The position numbers and the translations under genes were made by a program. Under the pieces are notes generated by a model that was given only the letters and a program-made list of their open reading frames with translations, was not told the DNA's origin and searched no databases. Shown piece by piece: positions 1 to 11,600 of a DNA stretch of 64,000 nucleotides (positions are counted from its first letter, which is position 1; each line of letters starts with the position of its first letter). The stretch is from sequence record OR805295.1. One strand, written 5' to 3'.

Positions 1-744
1 ATCTTCAATCAGTGGATGACGTTTAATATCCTTTGAAGTAAATTTAATGACACTTATGTGTTTATTGCCGCCTGCTCTATCGAGTCTTTCTAAGAAATCT
101 TTTAGTCCATTTATTTCGAAGCCCCGATCATGTTGCTCTATATCACCAGTAACAATCATTTTACAATTCTCACCTATTCTTGAAAAAAGCATTTTAGACA
201 TGTTAGGCGTTGTATTCTGTATTTCGTCTGCTAATATAACACAATTTTTAAATGTTCTGCCTCTCATATATGCAAGGGGAGCAATTTCTATAATTTCTTC
301 CATAAGCATTTGTTCTATTTCGACAGGGGAATAATATTCTTTAAACACATCCATTATTGGTATTACCCAAGGAGCCATTTTATCTATTAGCGTGCCTGGC
401 AAAAAACCGTGTTCTTCGTCGACTGATACTGCTGGCCTAGTAATTACAATCTTATCGCATTTACCTTCTTTATATGCTTTAATTGCATACATAGATGCTA
501 GTAATGTTTTTCCAGAACCCGCCGGACCTGTTGCAAATACAATGTGCTGTGTATCGTCTTCCAACGCGTCTACATATTCTTCTTGTGCTAAGCTTTTTGG
601 TATTAGCTTAACTTCTTGTTTTCTTTGTATAGATCTTACTTGTTTAGTATTAGTAGACGGCTGAACAACATTGTTAGTTACTAGATGAAAGGTACTGTTA
701 GGACCTTCGCTTGCTCGAGCTTTGCGCTTATCACGTTGTTTCAA
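1..744 (-). CDS. phoH: PhoH-like ATPase (3' end runs off the window)
   Basis: Not in the ORF track because no stop lies in the window. Manual minus-strand translation from TTG at 744 (GGAG upstream) gives FATGPAGSGKTLLA (Walker A), ITRPAV, GFLPG, LAYMRGRTF, ADEIQN, VTGDIEQHD and RHPLI. Confidence 0.93.
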   Translation of the reverse strand, partial: MKQRDKRKARASEGPNSTFHLVTNNVVQPSTNTKQVRSIQRKQEVKLIPKSLAQEEYVDALEDDTQHIVFATGPAGSGKTLLASMYAIKAYKEGKCDKIVITRPAVSVDEEHGFLPGTLIDKMAPWVIPIMDVFKEYYSPVEIEQMLMEEIIEIAPLAYMRGRTFKNCVILADEIQNTTPNMSKMLFSRIGENCKMIVTGDIEQHDRGFEINGLKDFLERLDRAGGNKHISVIKFTSKDIKRHPLIED

Positions 745-920
745 AAGTATGACTCCCGGTTAAAATCTTATTTTTAGTGTGATAATATGTATAAAGACCT
801 AATCTTTACATTGTTATTTATGTGTGTTATTATACATTAAGACTTAAGAAAAATCTACATCTAATTTTAAATATTAAGATTAATGTGTAGATAAATATAA
901 TATATTATTTGGATAGTAAA

Positions 921-1442
921 ATGAACAAACACAATGCAGATACTGCTAGAGAGAATTTAGTTCAAATAGCAGGAAACAATAAAGTATTAGATATGCTCAT
1001 AGAATTAGAAAAAACATTAGATAACTGTAATGTTTTTTCTTATGCAAATTGGAATAAAGGAGAATTAGTTGCCGGACCCTTTATTTCTAGATATTGGGTT
1101 ACTACTACTTGGATGTACAATGAAAAAGATATGCCAGATCCCGATGCAGGATTGCGTTTACTAAAATACGGTTGCAAAGTAAAGTACGAAAGGGATGTTT
1201 TTTTAGAACCAAAAAAAGTAACAGGTAGACCTGACTACGAAAACCCATCCACTAAGCAAGCAAAAATAGAAGAATTGCCTATTTGGTTAGTGACAATAAC
1301 TATGCCTAGGAAATTTATAGACGAAGCAATAATAGATGGCATGCAGGATTTCTCTAACGTAGATGATATAGATCCTAGCGCAATAGCCGATGTAGAAGCA
1401 GCAGGCGAAAACGGAATAAACGATGTAGATGGAAATCTATAA
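921..1442 (+). CDS. conserved-looking phage hypothetical protein with acidic C-terminus
   Basis: Clean ORF. ATG at 921 preferred over TTG at 909; TAAATA lies upstream at 892-897. Confidence 0.75.
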   Translation: MNKHNADTARENLVQIAGNNKVLDMLIELEKTLDNCNVFSYANWNKGELVAGPFISRYWVTTTWMYNEKDMPDPDAGLRLLKYGCKVKYERDVFLEPKKVTGRPDYENPSTKQAKIEELPIWLVTITMPRKFIDEAIIDGMQDFSNVDDIDPSAIADVEAAGENGINDVDGNL

Positions 1443-1471
1443 AATTATTCCATATTATAAAGGGGTATATA

Positions 1472-2173
1472 ATGTTAGCTAGACACTCATTAAAAGGAAC
1501 CGTATTACCTATAATTTCGGTGGATGAGTATATGCCTAAATCTGGAACACAGGAAGAAGTTATAGTCATTGCATTCTATACCATTGACGAAGACCCTGCG
1601 TTTGATTTAGACGATTTTATAGAAAAAAGTTTTATAGAAGTATTAGATGTTGATGTAAGTCCCAATCCCGACGAAAACGGAAATTATTTAGTATTTGTAG
1701 AATTAAAAAGAAAAGCAGGCTTCTTTGAAAAATTTTACAAGATTATAAAAGATGTAGAAAATGTTTCTGGAAAACAAGACTGGGTAGTGAAGGCATATCT
1801 TTGTAACGAATTACTACCATACAATGACGAAAGACTATTAGATTATATAATATTACTAGATGACGAAGAAGCATCAATAACAGAAAGTGTAATATCTATG
1901 CTTACTGACAGTGATATATCTTCTGCTCACATAGATGATTCTAGAATATACATATCTAATTCTCATAGAACAGTAAGTTTTGAGCCATTGTATATAGGCG
2001 AAAAAGCATTTAATAGTTTAAAACTAAATGAATGTGCTATAGAACTATCTAATGTAGATAGTAATGTTGCTTTATTATCGGCATTTTTAGGTAAAAGATG
2101 GGAAGTATATAAACTAAACGAATACATAATACTTCAACACCAATCTAAGCAACCTATTATAGCCAAATTATAA
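1472..2173 (+). CDS. hypothetical protein
   Basis: 233-aa ORF with a GGGG RBS, followed by a terminator. Confidence 0.75.
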   Translation: MLARHSLKGTVLPIISVDEYMPKSGTQEEVIVIAFYTIDEDPAFDLDDFIEKSFIEVLDVDVSPNPDENGNYLVFVELKRKAGFFEKFYKIIKDVENVSGKQDWVVKAYLCNELLPYNDERLLDYIILLDDEEASITESVISMLTDSDISSAHIDDSRIYISNSHRTVSFEPLYIGEKAFNSLKLNECAIELSNVDSNVALLSAFLGKRWEVYKLNEYIILQHQSKQPIIAKL

Positions 2174-2177
2174 TCAA

Positions 2178-2204
2178 AAAGCACTTATTTTCGATAAGTG
2201 CTTT
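2178..2204 (+). terminator. intrinsic terminator hairpin
   Basis: aaagcacttat-tttcg-ataagtgcttt. Confidence 0.7.
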
Positions 2205-2211
2205 AACTATC

Positions 2212-2901
2212 ATGAAGAATTGGCAAACAATCCTTGGCGTATCTGCTAATCCCACAGAAAAACAGATAAAGACTGCATATAGAAAACTTGCATCAAAATA
2301 TCATCCTGACAGAAATAAAGATAAAGATGCAGAAAACATGTTTAAACAAGTAAGGGAAGCATACGAATATGCAATAAAATGGATTTCTATTAAAACAGAA
2401 CAATACACAGATACAGTATATATTCCATTAAAATACCAAAATAAAGGCGGCAAATTCAAGACAGCTAATCATAAATTTATTATAGAAATTCCGCCACATT
2501 TCCCTCATAATTCACAAAAAATAATAATAGTAAACAATTCTATATTATTAGTTACTGTAATATTCATACATGATACATTTTCTATAGCTCAAAATGGCAT
2601 AGATGTATATGCAACTATTTCTGTAGAAAGTCTCGACATAATTATGGGCACAGAAATAATAGTTGAGCATCCGTACGGAAATAAGATAAAAGTAGGTATA
2701 CCTACATCATTTGTATCTGGATCTAAAATACTAGTGAAGAACAAAGGTATTAAGAATACATATACAGTAAACAATATTTTAGAAACCATAACAGGTCATT
2801 TGTATATAACTGTCAACATGTTCACAAAAGTTCGTTTGACTAAAAGCAGCGATACTAGTATACTACTAACGTACAAAGCAAAACCATACACAATCTCGTA
2901 A
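2212..2901 (+). CDS. dnaJ: J-domain co-chaperone (DnaJ/CbpA-like, no Zn finger)
   Basis: N-terminal J domain [18 protein letters not shown] (HPD motif); C-terminal DnaJ_C-like segment ([21 protein letters not shown]). Confidence 0.88.
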   Translation: MKNWQTILGVSANPTEKQIKTAYRKLASKYHPDRNKDKDAENMFKQVREAYEYAIKWISIKTEQYTDTVYIPLKYQNKGGKFKTANHKFIIEIPPHFPHNSQKIIIVNNSILLVTVIFIHDTFSIAQNGIDVYATISVESLDIIMGTEIIVEHPYGNKIKVGIPTSFVSGSKILVKNKGIKNTYTVNNILETITGHLYITVNMFTKVRLTKSSDTSILLTYKAKPYTIS

Positions 2902-2910
2902 GGGGTACAC

Positions 2911-5130
2911 ATGGATAGCCAAAAGAAACTGAATACCGTACTTACTGAAGCAAAAAAACTTGCAGTAAGTCACCAACACGAAGCCATTACTTCAGATCAT
3001 GTATTGTATGTTTTATTAGGATACGACGAAGTAAAGGACTGTGTTAAAAACTGCAATGCAGACCCGGATCAATTAACTAAAGCAGTATCTGATTTCCTTG
3101 TTACCCAGTTAGGAAAATCCCGACACATAACTGATATGAATATTGATATCAGTCCCTCTCTTAGTCGCTGGTGCCAGCAATTGGCAACTAAAATTGCATT
3201 AGATCCTAACAAAGCAATGACGTATGTCGATATGCTCGATGCACTCATCAAAGACACCAGTTGCAATGCAAGCCAGCTTCTCGCGCACTACGGTGTTACT
3301 ACTGCTGTAGTAACTGAAGCGAAGAAATCTGCAGAAGCAGAATCCCTCATAAAGTCGTTTACTCGCAATCTTAACGACGAAGTATCTGAGGGCAAAATCG
3401 ATCCGGTTATCGGCCGGGAAGCTGAATTAGAAGAAGTTATCGAAGCCCTCGCCCGCCGGCGAAAAAACAATTGCATTCTTACCGGCAAAGAAGGTGTGGG
3501 TAAGACAGCAATTGCCGAAGGGCTGGCGATGAAAATCGTCAATGGCGAGGTGCCCGAAGCAATTGCTGACAAACAAGTTATTTCACTCGATATCGGCGCG
3601 ATGATGGCAGGCACTAAATATCGCGGCGAGTTCGAAGAGCGCATGAAAGCGCTGTTAGACGAACTAAAAGCAATGAAAAATGCCATCGTCTTCATCGACG
3701 AAATACATATGATCATGGGCGCCGGTGCAAGTAATGGTTCGTCAGTAGACGCTGCTAACCTGCTCAAGCCAGAATTGGCAAAAGGAACACTTCGTTGCAT
3801 AGGCGCAACTACTTACGACGAATATAGTACACACTTTGAAAAAGATCGGGCATTAATGCGCCGGTTCCAAAAAGTGGATGTTCCGCCGCCTAGTGTAGGT
3901 GACACCAAAAAAATAGTTGCCGGACTAAAGCAATATTACGAAGAGTTCCATGGCGTCAAATACGACGTAGGGACTCTAGATCTAGCAGTCGATTTGACTG
4001 AACGATACATCAAAACTCGGCACCAGCCCGACAAATCAATCGATGCAATAGACCTGGTCGGCGCCAGAGCTAAATTAGCAGGGATTTCTACCATTACCGA
4101 GCGCATGGTCATAGAAACTGTAGCTAAACTAGCTCATATGCGTCCGGAAATGTTAGATAACACCGAAAACGACACTATTGCTCGTCTAGAAGGTAACCTC
4201 AAACACGATGTGTTTGGGCAAGACGAAGCCATCAACAAGCTCTGCGAAGCAGTGATGGTACACAAAGCAGGACTTCGAGATGCTAATAAACCTATCGGTA
4301 ACTTCTTATTAGTAGGTCCGACCGGTACTGGCAAAACGTTCTTGGCAAAAAAACTATCCCAACATATGGGTATTCCCTTGGTGCGGTTCGATATGTCTGA
4401 ATACCAAGAACAGCATAGCGTCGCCCGGCTGCTCGGTGCACCGCCCGGATATGTAGGGCACGGCGAAGGTGAAGCAGGCGCGGGTCAGTTAATCTCTGAG
4501 ATTGAAAAAAATCCCAACTGCATCTTGTTGCTAGACGAAATCGAAAAAGCACACCCGAAGGTATTTAGTACGTTCCTTCAGGTGATGGATGACGCCCGGC
4601 TAACTTCGTCAACTGGCAAAACTGTATTCTTTGGTAACGTTTTGCTACTAATGACATCTAACTCCGGCGCTGCTCAAGCTGCTAAAGCATCAATCGGTTT
4701 TGGAAATAATTTTAACGACGGTGCAATAGATAGCGCAGTTACAAAAGGATTTGCGCCTGAATTCCGGAACAGGCTCGACGGCATTGTTAAGTTCTCGGCG
4801 CTCACTATTAACGAAATGTCTAAGATTGTAGACACTGAGTTTGCTAAAGTGCAAGCAAGTGTACTAGAAAAAGGCGTATCGTTGATCCTTACCCAAGAAG
4901 CACGTCAAAAATTAGCAACAGATGGGTATGATCCTAAGATGGGAGCCCGCCCGCTCGCGAGGCTGTTCCAAGAGAAAGTCAAGTTGCCGCTGTCAAAGCT
5001 GATGCTACTTGGCGATCTTAAAAATGGCGGTCACGCAGAAGTCAGGGTAGTAGCAGACGAAGTTGTAGTTATACAAGCAATTGCCCCTGCTACTAAAGCT
5101 AAAAAGAAAATAGACCAAACTGTAGTTTAA
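2911..5130 (+). CDS. clpA: ClpA/ClpC-type Hsp100 AAA+ unfoldase
   Basis: Two AAA modules (GKEGVGKT/FIDEIH and GPTGTGKT/LLDEIEKAH), KYRGEFEER, RFDMSEY, GARPL. No ClpB middle domain; SIGF loop present. Confidence 0.93.
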   Translation: MDSQKKLNTVLTEAKKLAVSHQHEAITSDHVLYVLLGYDEVKDCVKNCNADPDQLTKAVSDFLVTQLGKSRHITDMNIDISPSLSRWCQQLATKIALDPNKAMTYVDMLDALIKDTSCNASQLLAHYGVTTAVVTEAKKSAEAESLIKSFTRNLNDEVSEGKIDPVIGREAELEEVIEALARRRKNNCILTGKEGVGKTAIAEGLAMKIVNGEVPEAIADKQVISLDIGAMMAGTKYRGEFEERMKALLDELKAMKNAIVFIDEIHMIMGAGASNGSSVDAANLLKPELAKGTLRCIGATTYDEYSTHFEKDRALMRRFQKVDVPPPSVGDTKKIVAGLKQYYEEFHGVKYDVGTLDLAVDLTERYIKTRHQPDKSIDAIDLVGARAKLAGISTITERMVIETVAKLAHMRPEMLDNTENDTIARLEGNLKHDVFGQDEAINKLCEAVMVHKAGLRDANKPIGNFLLVGPTGTGKTFLAKKLSQHMGIPLVRFDMSEYQEQHSVARLLGAPPGYVGHGEGEAGAGQLISEIEKNPNCILLLDEIEKAHPKVFSTFLQVMDDARLTSSTGKTVFFGNVLLLMTSNSGAAQAAKASIGFGNNFNDGAIDSAVTKGFAPEFRNRLDGIVKFSALTINEMSKIVDTEFAKVQASVLEKGVSLILTQEARQKLATDGYDPKMGARPLARLFQEKVKLPLSKLMLLGDLKNGGHAEVRVVADEVVVIQAIAPATKAKKKIDQTVV

Positions 5131-5140
5131 CACTACTCCT

Positions 5141-5170
5141 AAAAATAGCCCCAAACGGGGCTATTTTTTT
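5141..5170 (+). terminator. intrinsic terminator
   Basis: aaaaatagcccc-aaac-ggggctattttttt. Confidence 0.85.
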
Positions 5171-5219
5171 GACAACAATTTTCAGTAACGTACTAATTCA
5201 ATACAATTACGTACACTGA

Positions 5220-5225
5220 TAAATA
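5220..5225 (+). promoter_or_regulatory. putative T4-like late promoter core TAAATA (representative copy)
   Basis: TAAATA sits about 10-90 nt before starts at 892, 5220, 12857, 17914, 18611, 21412, 32236 and 41177 (+), and at 51540, 52052 and 52597 (-). The motif is also common by chance in AT-rich DNA. Confidence 0.55.
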
Positions 5226-5247
5226 CTGCATAATAATAGAGGTCAAA

Positions 5248-5682
5248 ATGAGTATTAGAAAATCTGTATTAATGCTGCAAGGTGCAAGTTTTGACGGAGA
5301 AATGAAAATAGTAGGTGAAAGAGTTAGGGCTGACAACTTTTTCGGTTTTACTGACGGAATTCATACAGTATCTATGTCTTATTATAATTTTAAAGGATAC
5401 TTTATGCTTCAAGGAACTCTATCTATGAATCCAGAAGAGTCGGATTGGTTTAATATAGATGTAACTGAACGAAATAGAAGAACCACTGTTTTACGTTTCC
5501 CCGAAGATCCGGCGCATCCCACAGGCGAGAAAAACGGCGATACCGGTACAAAGGCATTTACTTTTATAGGTAATTTTACTTATCTAAGAGCAGTTGTATC
5601 GTGGGAAGGATATATACCGCCGCCTGTACTTGTAACAAACGAAGATATGGGTAGTGTAGATAAAGTGCTGTTAGCAATGTAA
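5248..5682 (+). CDS. hypothetical protein, probably virion-associated
   Basis: 144-aa ORF with GAGG RBS; first gene of the structural block. Confidence 0.7.
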   Translation: MSIRKSVLMLQGASFDGEMKIVGERVRADNFFGFTDGIHTVSMSYYNFKGYFMLQGTLSMNPEESDWFNIDVTERNRRTTVLRFPEDPAHPTGEKNGDTGTKAFTFIGNFTYLRAVVSWEGYIPPPVLVTNEDMGSVDKVLLAM

Positions 5683-5695
5683 GGTTAAAAAGAAT

Positions 5696-8600
5696 ATGAG
5701 TATACAATCGGGTCCTTCTGTATTAAATCAATTTGTTCCAGATTTTCTGATAGATAGTACACCAACTAATGGTCAATTTTTAGTTTATGACGATACTGTC
5801 CAGGCATTTGTAAATAGCACAAATCCCAGAATCGTATTAGATTCGTCTAATATATTAGACGGTTCTATAACAATTGATAAACTTGCAATATCTGGTAATA
5901 AAGTACCTGGATACGTACTAACTATAACTTCCGCAGGCGGAATGGCATTTTTACCAGTGCCCGGCAACGGCGGTCAGCTACCTAGTCTAGATGAATTACT
6001 AGACACAAATATAGTATCTCCTACTGTAACCCAATATCTTAAATGGGACGGTTCTGCATGGGTTAATAGTAATATAACATTAAATGATGTATCAGATGTC
6101 TCTGTTATCTCCCCTACAGCCGATGATGTATTAGCATGGGAATCAGGTTCTTGGACAAATAAGAAAATAGATTATACATCACTAACAAACAAACCAGATT
6201 TGAGTGATGTAGTTAGATCTAGCGAATTGTCATCAGTTGCATTCAGTGGTGATTATAATGATTTAGTAAATATTCCCAGTGCAACTTCTAATACTATAGT
6301 TGGATTAACAGATGTTAACGATACTGCACTACCTAACGGATTCTTGCGCTGGAACGCAAGCGGTGATGAGGTAGAATTTATTACTTCAATTTCTGCTACT
6401 GTAATAACCGGGTTAGCTCCAGTTGCTACTAGTGGAAATTATAATGACTTATTAGGAAAACCTAATTTGTCAGTGTATCCGCTTAGAACTGAATTTTCTA
6501 CTGTTGCAACCACCGGTAATTATTCTGATTTGAACAATGTGCCTTTGACATTTGCACCAAGTGCGCATACTCACCCGGCTGCACAAATCACAGGATTAGC
6601 ATCTGTAGCTACTAGCAACGATTATAACGATTTAGTTAATAAACCGACTGCGATGGCGCCAACAGCACATACGCATGCTATATCTGATATTATAGGATTG
6701 CAAAATTCGCTAGATAGTAAGTTGACTGTTAATTTAACTACTAGACTTCCAAAAGATGTTATTTATTTTAACGGCACTTCATGGATAAACAAGCAATTAT
6801 CTTATACTGATATTTCCGGTACTCCTAACTTAGATAACTATGTTACTGATTCAGAATTATCTACTGTTGCTACAACTGGCAGATATTCTGATTTAATAAA
6901 TAAACCCGAGTTAGTAGAAAATTTAAACGACTTATTAGATGTAGATGTTTCTTCTAAACAAACAGGGAACGTATTAACCTGGAACGGAACAGCATGGGTT
7001 GCTAGTGCAATAACACAAGCAAGCATAGATTGGGCTAATATAAGCAATAAACCAAGCGTTTTTAGCCCCGCTGCGCATACACACGACGTAGTAGACGTAC
7101 TAGGCCTGCAAAGTTTACTAGACAGCAAACTTGACGCAAATATTGCATTCGACGGCGATTATAATAGTTTAACAAATAAACCGGGGTTAATAGATCTTCA
7201 AGATACATTTAGTCCTGCTGTACCTAATGGATTCTTGCGGTGGAATAATTTAGGTACCTTAGTTGCATATCAAGATTACATATATCCGCAAGATATTTCA
7301 GGATTGTCAGATGTTGCTATATCGGGTCAGTATTCAGATTTATTGGGTACCCCTTCCTTATCGACTGTTGCTATAACCGGGAGTTATAGCGACTTAATTG
7401 ATGCTCCGCCTGCGTTTGACGGTGATTATGATAGTTTAACAAATAAACCGTTTATTCCTACTAATTTTGATTTTAAATTTATAGGTTTAAATGATGTAAG
7501 TCCCACTGTTCAGCCCGGCGGCTATTTAAAATGGAACTTAGACGGTTCATTTGTTGTATCGTCAGCAAACATTCCTGCAACAGATGTAGCAGGATTGTCT
7601 GTTGTGTCTACAACCGGACAATATTCAGATTTATTAGGCAAACCGTTATTAGCTACAGTTTCTTCGTCAGGTAGTTATACTGATTTAATAAATATTCCTA
7701 CTGAATTTAATCCAGCTGAACATACCCACAGTATAGCAGACGTATCTGGATTACAGGCATCCCTGGACAATAAATTAAATACCTCTGATGCATTTAGTGG
7801 TGATTATAATGATTTAACTAACGCACCTACTAATAGTTCATATTCATTGGTGGGATTATCAGATACTAATTCTGTACCTGTTGCAAACGGATTCTTACGC
7901 TGGAATGCATCCGGAAGTAGTGTTGAATATATTCAAACAATTCCTGTAAATGCAATAACCGGATTGGCTCCTGTCGCATCATCTGGCCAGTATGCAGATT
8001 TGCAAGGAACACCGGATTTATCTGACTATGTTTTATCTGTATCATTAGCTGACATAGCTACAACTGGAGAATATTCAGATTTAATAAATGCACCCGATTT
8101 AAGTGTGTATGCTAATAAAACTGATCTGTCAGATGTGGCTACAACAGGACAATATTCGGATTTATTGGGTATTCCTACGCAATTTACACCGACAGTTCAT
8201 GTCCATAACGTTTCTCAAATAAGTGGATTATCTGCAGTTGCTACTAGCGGAAGTTATAATGATTTATCTAATAAACCGTCGTTTGCTAATGTTGCAACAA
8301 CAGGCAGCTATGATGATCTAAACAATAAACCATCCATACCTACTAATGGCAGTTTTAGTTTACTTGGGTTAAATGATACAAATAATACGCCAGTTGCAGA
8401 TGGTATATTGCGTTGGAATTCCAGTGCAAATCAGGTAATATATGCAAATACAATCGATGCACAATCTGTTTCTGGATTAGCTACTGTTGCGACTATAGGT
8501 AAACTATCTTCACTAAGTGATGTAGATTTAATAGGTTTGAACCAGAATGAAATATTGCAATGGAACGGTTCTGCATGGGTACCTGTACCTTATAATCCTA

Positions 8601-11600
8601 ATCAAATACAAGCTTACATAGAGAGCGGAAATACAAAAGTTTCTACTAACGATATTTTAGATAGCATTGTTCTAACAGCAGGACCTACTACTGGAAATAT
8701 AATATTCGAGTTAGGAAACACAAATAGCTCAATTATTCTAAATCCAGTTACTAATAACGTAGATGCTCTTATTTCTTCTACTTCTAGAATAAAATTAGAT
8801 TCATCCACTGGCATATCATTAGGTAATATAAGTTATCCAATGACCGACGGTACAGTTGGGCAAGCAATAGTTACAAATGGAGCTGGCCAACTATCGTTTG
8901 AAACAGTAGTTAAACCCTCTCAATTGGCCACAGTTGCTACTAGTGGAAATTATAATGACTTAACTAATAAACCTACATTAGTAACCGAACTAAACGGACT
9001 TGCTGACGTTCGTATGCGTGATACTAATGGAAATTATTTAGCACAACCGGAGGATGTGTTAACATATTCTAACGGAATATGGCAAGCACGACCGAACACT
9101 AGTTCTTCTTTTATAGGTTTAAGCGATACCCAAAATATAACATTGCCAGAAGATAGGGCTAATGCATACTTACGTTGGGATACTACTGGAAATCTAATTA
9201 TATACGAAGATAGTATTTCTGCAAGCGTAATTGCCGGATTAGCAGAAGTAGCAACCACAGGAGATTTGCACGATTTAATAAATGTAAATGTAAATTTACC
9301 TGATATGAACAATCCAGCTACACAAGCTGTTTGGGGTTTAATATGGGATCGTCAGAATCAACGTTGGATAAATTACAATTTACGTAATATAGCAGGTTCG
9401 GGTGGATCTACAGTAGTAGCATTGAATGACTTAACTGATGTTACTCTTACTTTCCCTGTAGTTGATGGTAATGTTCTTAGAGCAACTGTGCAACCAGACA
9501 ATAGTATTGTTTGGCAGAACAAACAACTATCTTATAGTGACTTAACTGGAACTATAAGTATGAGTCTATTGCAATTAACTGATACTAGTTCATCTGCTGT
9601 ACCTAATGGATTCTTACGGTGGGATTCGTCGGGTAACACAGTTCAGTATATTACTACAATAAGTACAAATGATATATCTGGGTTAGCTCCGGTTGCTACT
9701 AGTGGAAATTATAATGACTTATCTAATACACCTGCTATACCAGCATCAATTAACGATTTAGCAGACGTTAATACAGTTAGTCCTGTTCCTACAAACGGAT
9801 ATGTATTAACATGGGATAGTAGTTCGAATAATTGGATTGCAAAAGAACCTGCAACTAGCCCATCTGGTAGCACAGCCCTCGCCGATCTAACAGATGTATC
9901 TCTATCTGATCTAACTGCTAGTGATGTTTTAAAATACAACGGCACTACATGGGTAAACGAACCAGTTACGTATTCTGAATTAACAGATTTACCTACATTT
10001 GCGTTAGTTGCATTTAGTGGTGATTATAATGATTTAACTAATAAGCCATCGGGATCTACTACATCTATACTAGATCTAACTGACACTGCAGATACTGCAC
10101 TACCTAACGGATTCTTGCGCTGGAACGCAAGCGGTGATGAGGTTTTATATCAATTATCTATTAATGTTTCTGATATAATAGGATTATCTAGTGTAGCTAT
10201 AAGTGGTGATTTTAACGATTTATCCAATAAACCGGAAAATAATTCGTATTATTTTAGAAAGTTAGCTGACGCAGGAAATCCGCAGCCTAATACATTTATA
10301 AAATATCCTGCGTTTACTATTCCGCCCGGTAGTGATATAGACGATGTTAATCCTATACTCGAATATGTAAGTAGCATAAATGCACTAACTGACATAGATA
10401 ACCTAGCTCCGGTTGCCACTAACGGAATACTAGGAAGTTTAGTAGACGTAAATCTAAATTCAGTAGAAGATGGACAAGTTCTTACTTATGATGCTGTAAC
10501 AAATAGCTGGATAAACAAAAATAGTTCAGGATCGCCGGTAGTAACTTCGTGGACAAAGATAAATGGCAACTATACTGTAACTGGCTCAGAATATTTATTG
10601 GTAGATACAACTTCTGCTAGTGTAACAATTACTCTGCCTGTTGCCCCTACCGAAAATATGGTAATTCGTATTGCTGATTGGAAAGGTACATTTAGAACAA
10701 ATAGTTGCGTAGTGAATACTAATGGCATGCCTTTAATGGGTGCTAGCATGGATAACACACTAACTATTCAGAACCAAAATGCAAGTATAGAGTTAACATT
10801 TGTAGACACAACGTACGGTTGGAAAATAACAGATGGTATAGGTGAGATATCTAAACAAAACATTCCAGTTACGAACTGGCGTACTGTGGATTCATCTAGC
10901 ACTCCTGCTATGCTAATAGCTCAACCCGGCGAAGCAATTTATGTTAATACCAACAATGGTGCAGTAACTGTTAAATTACCGACAGGAGCAAGTGTTAATG
11001 CTGTTGTTAGAATAGCTGACTTGTTAGGTACTTACGATAAAGCAAGTTGCTTTGTAGATGGCAACGGCAACCCAATAATGGGTAAAAACGAAATATTAGA
11101 AATTGCAAACGAAAATGCTTCTATAGAATTTACATACGTCGATTCGGTAGTAGGGTGGAAAGTAACAGACGGCATAGGTGAGTTAGGTAGAAAAACTGAT
11201 ATTGCATCTGATTCGGATATAATAGTTTATGTAGCTACAGACGGTAACGACACTACAGGAAGTGGAACCGAAGAATCTCCATTTGCTACATTAAATGCTG
11301 CTTTCCTTAGTCTAGATGGCAAATTTGTAAATAGTTCTGCAGAAATTATAGTTCGTGTTGCAGAAGGTGTCTACGAACCTACCAATCCTGTTGCGTTTAG
11401 TCACATTCAGGGAATGAATGTAAAACTTATAGGCGAATTGCCCCAAGCAAGTAGTTCATTCACTGTTACTAATATAACCAATGATGCAGGATTGGCAAAA
11501 GTAACAATGCAACTTTCTTCTGTCAGTGACTACGAAGTAGGGGACATTATAAAGATTACGTCGGCAGCAACTATGTTAGAATGTGTTGAAATTATAACAG

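Noticed and set aside
47-664. Plus-strand ORFs 47-334 and 392-664
   Set aside because: Antisense shadows of the motif-rich phoH on the minus strand.
3069-4552. Short alternative ORFs inside clpA
   Set aside because: Shadow or alternate frames of a strongly supported gene.
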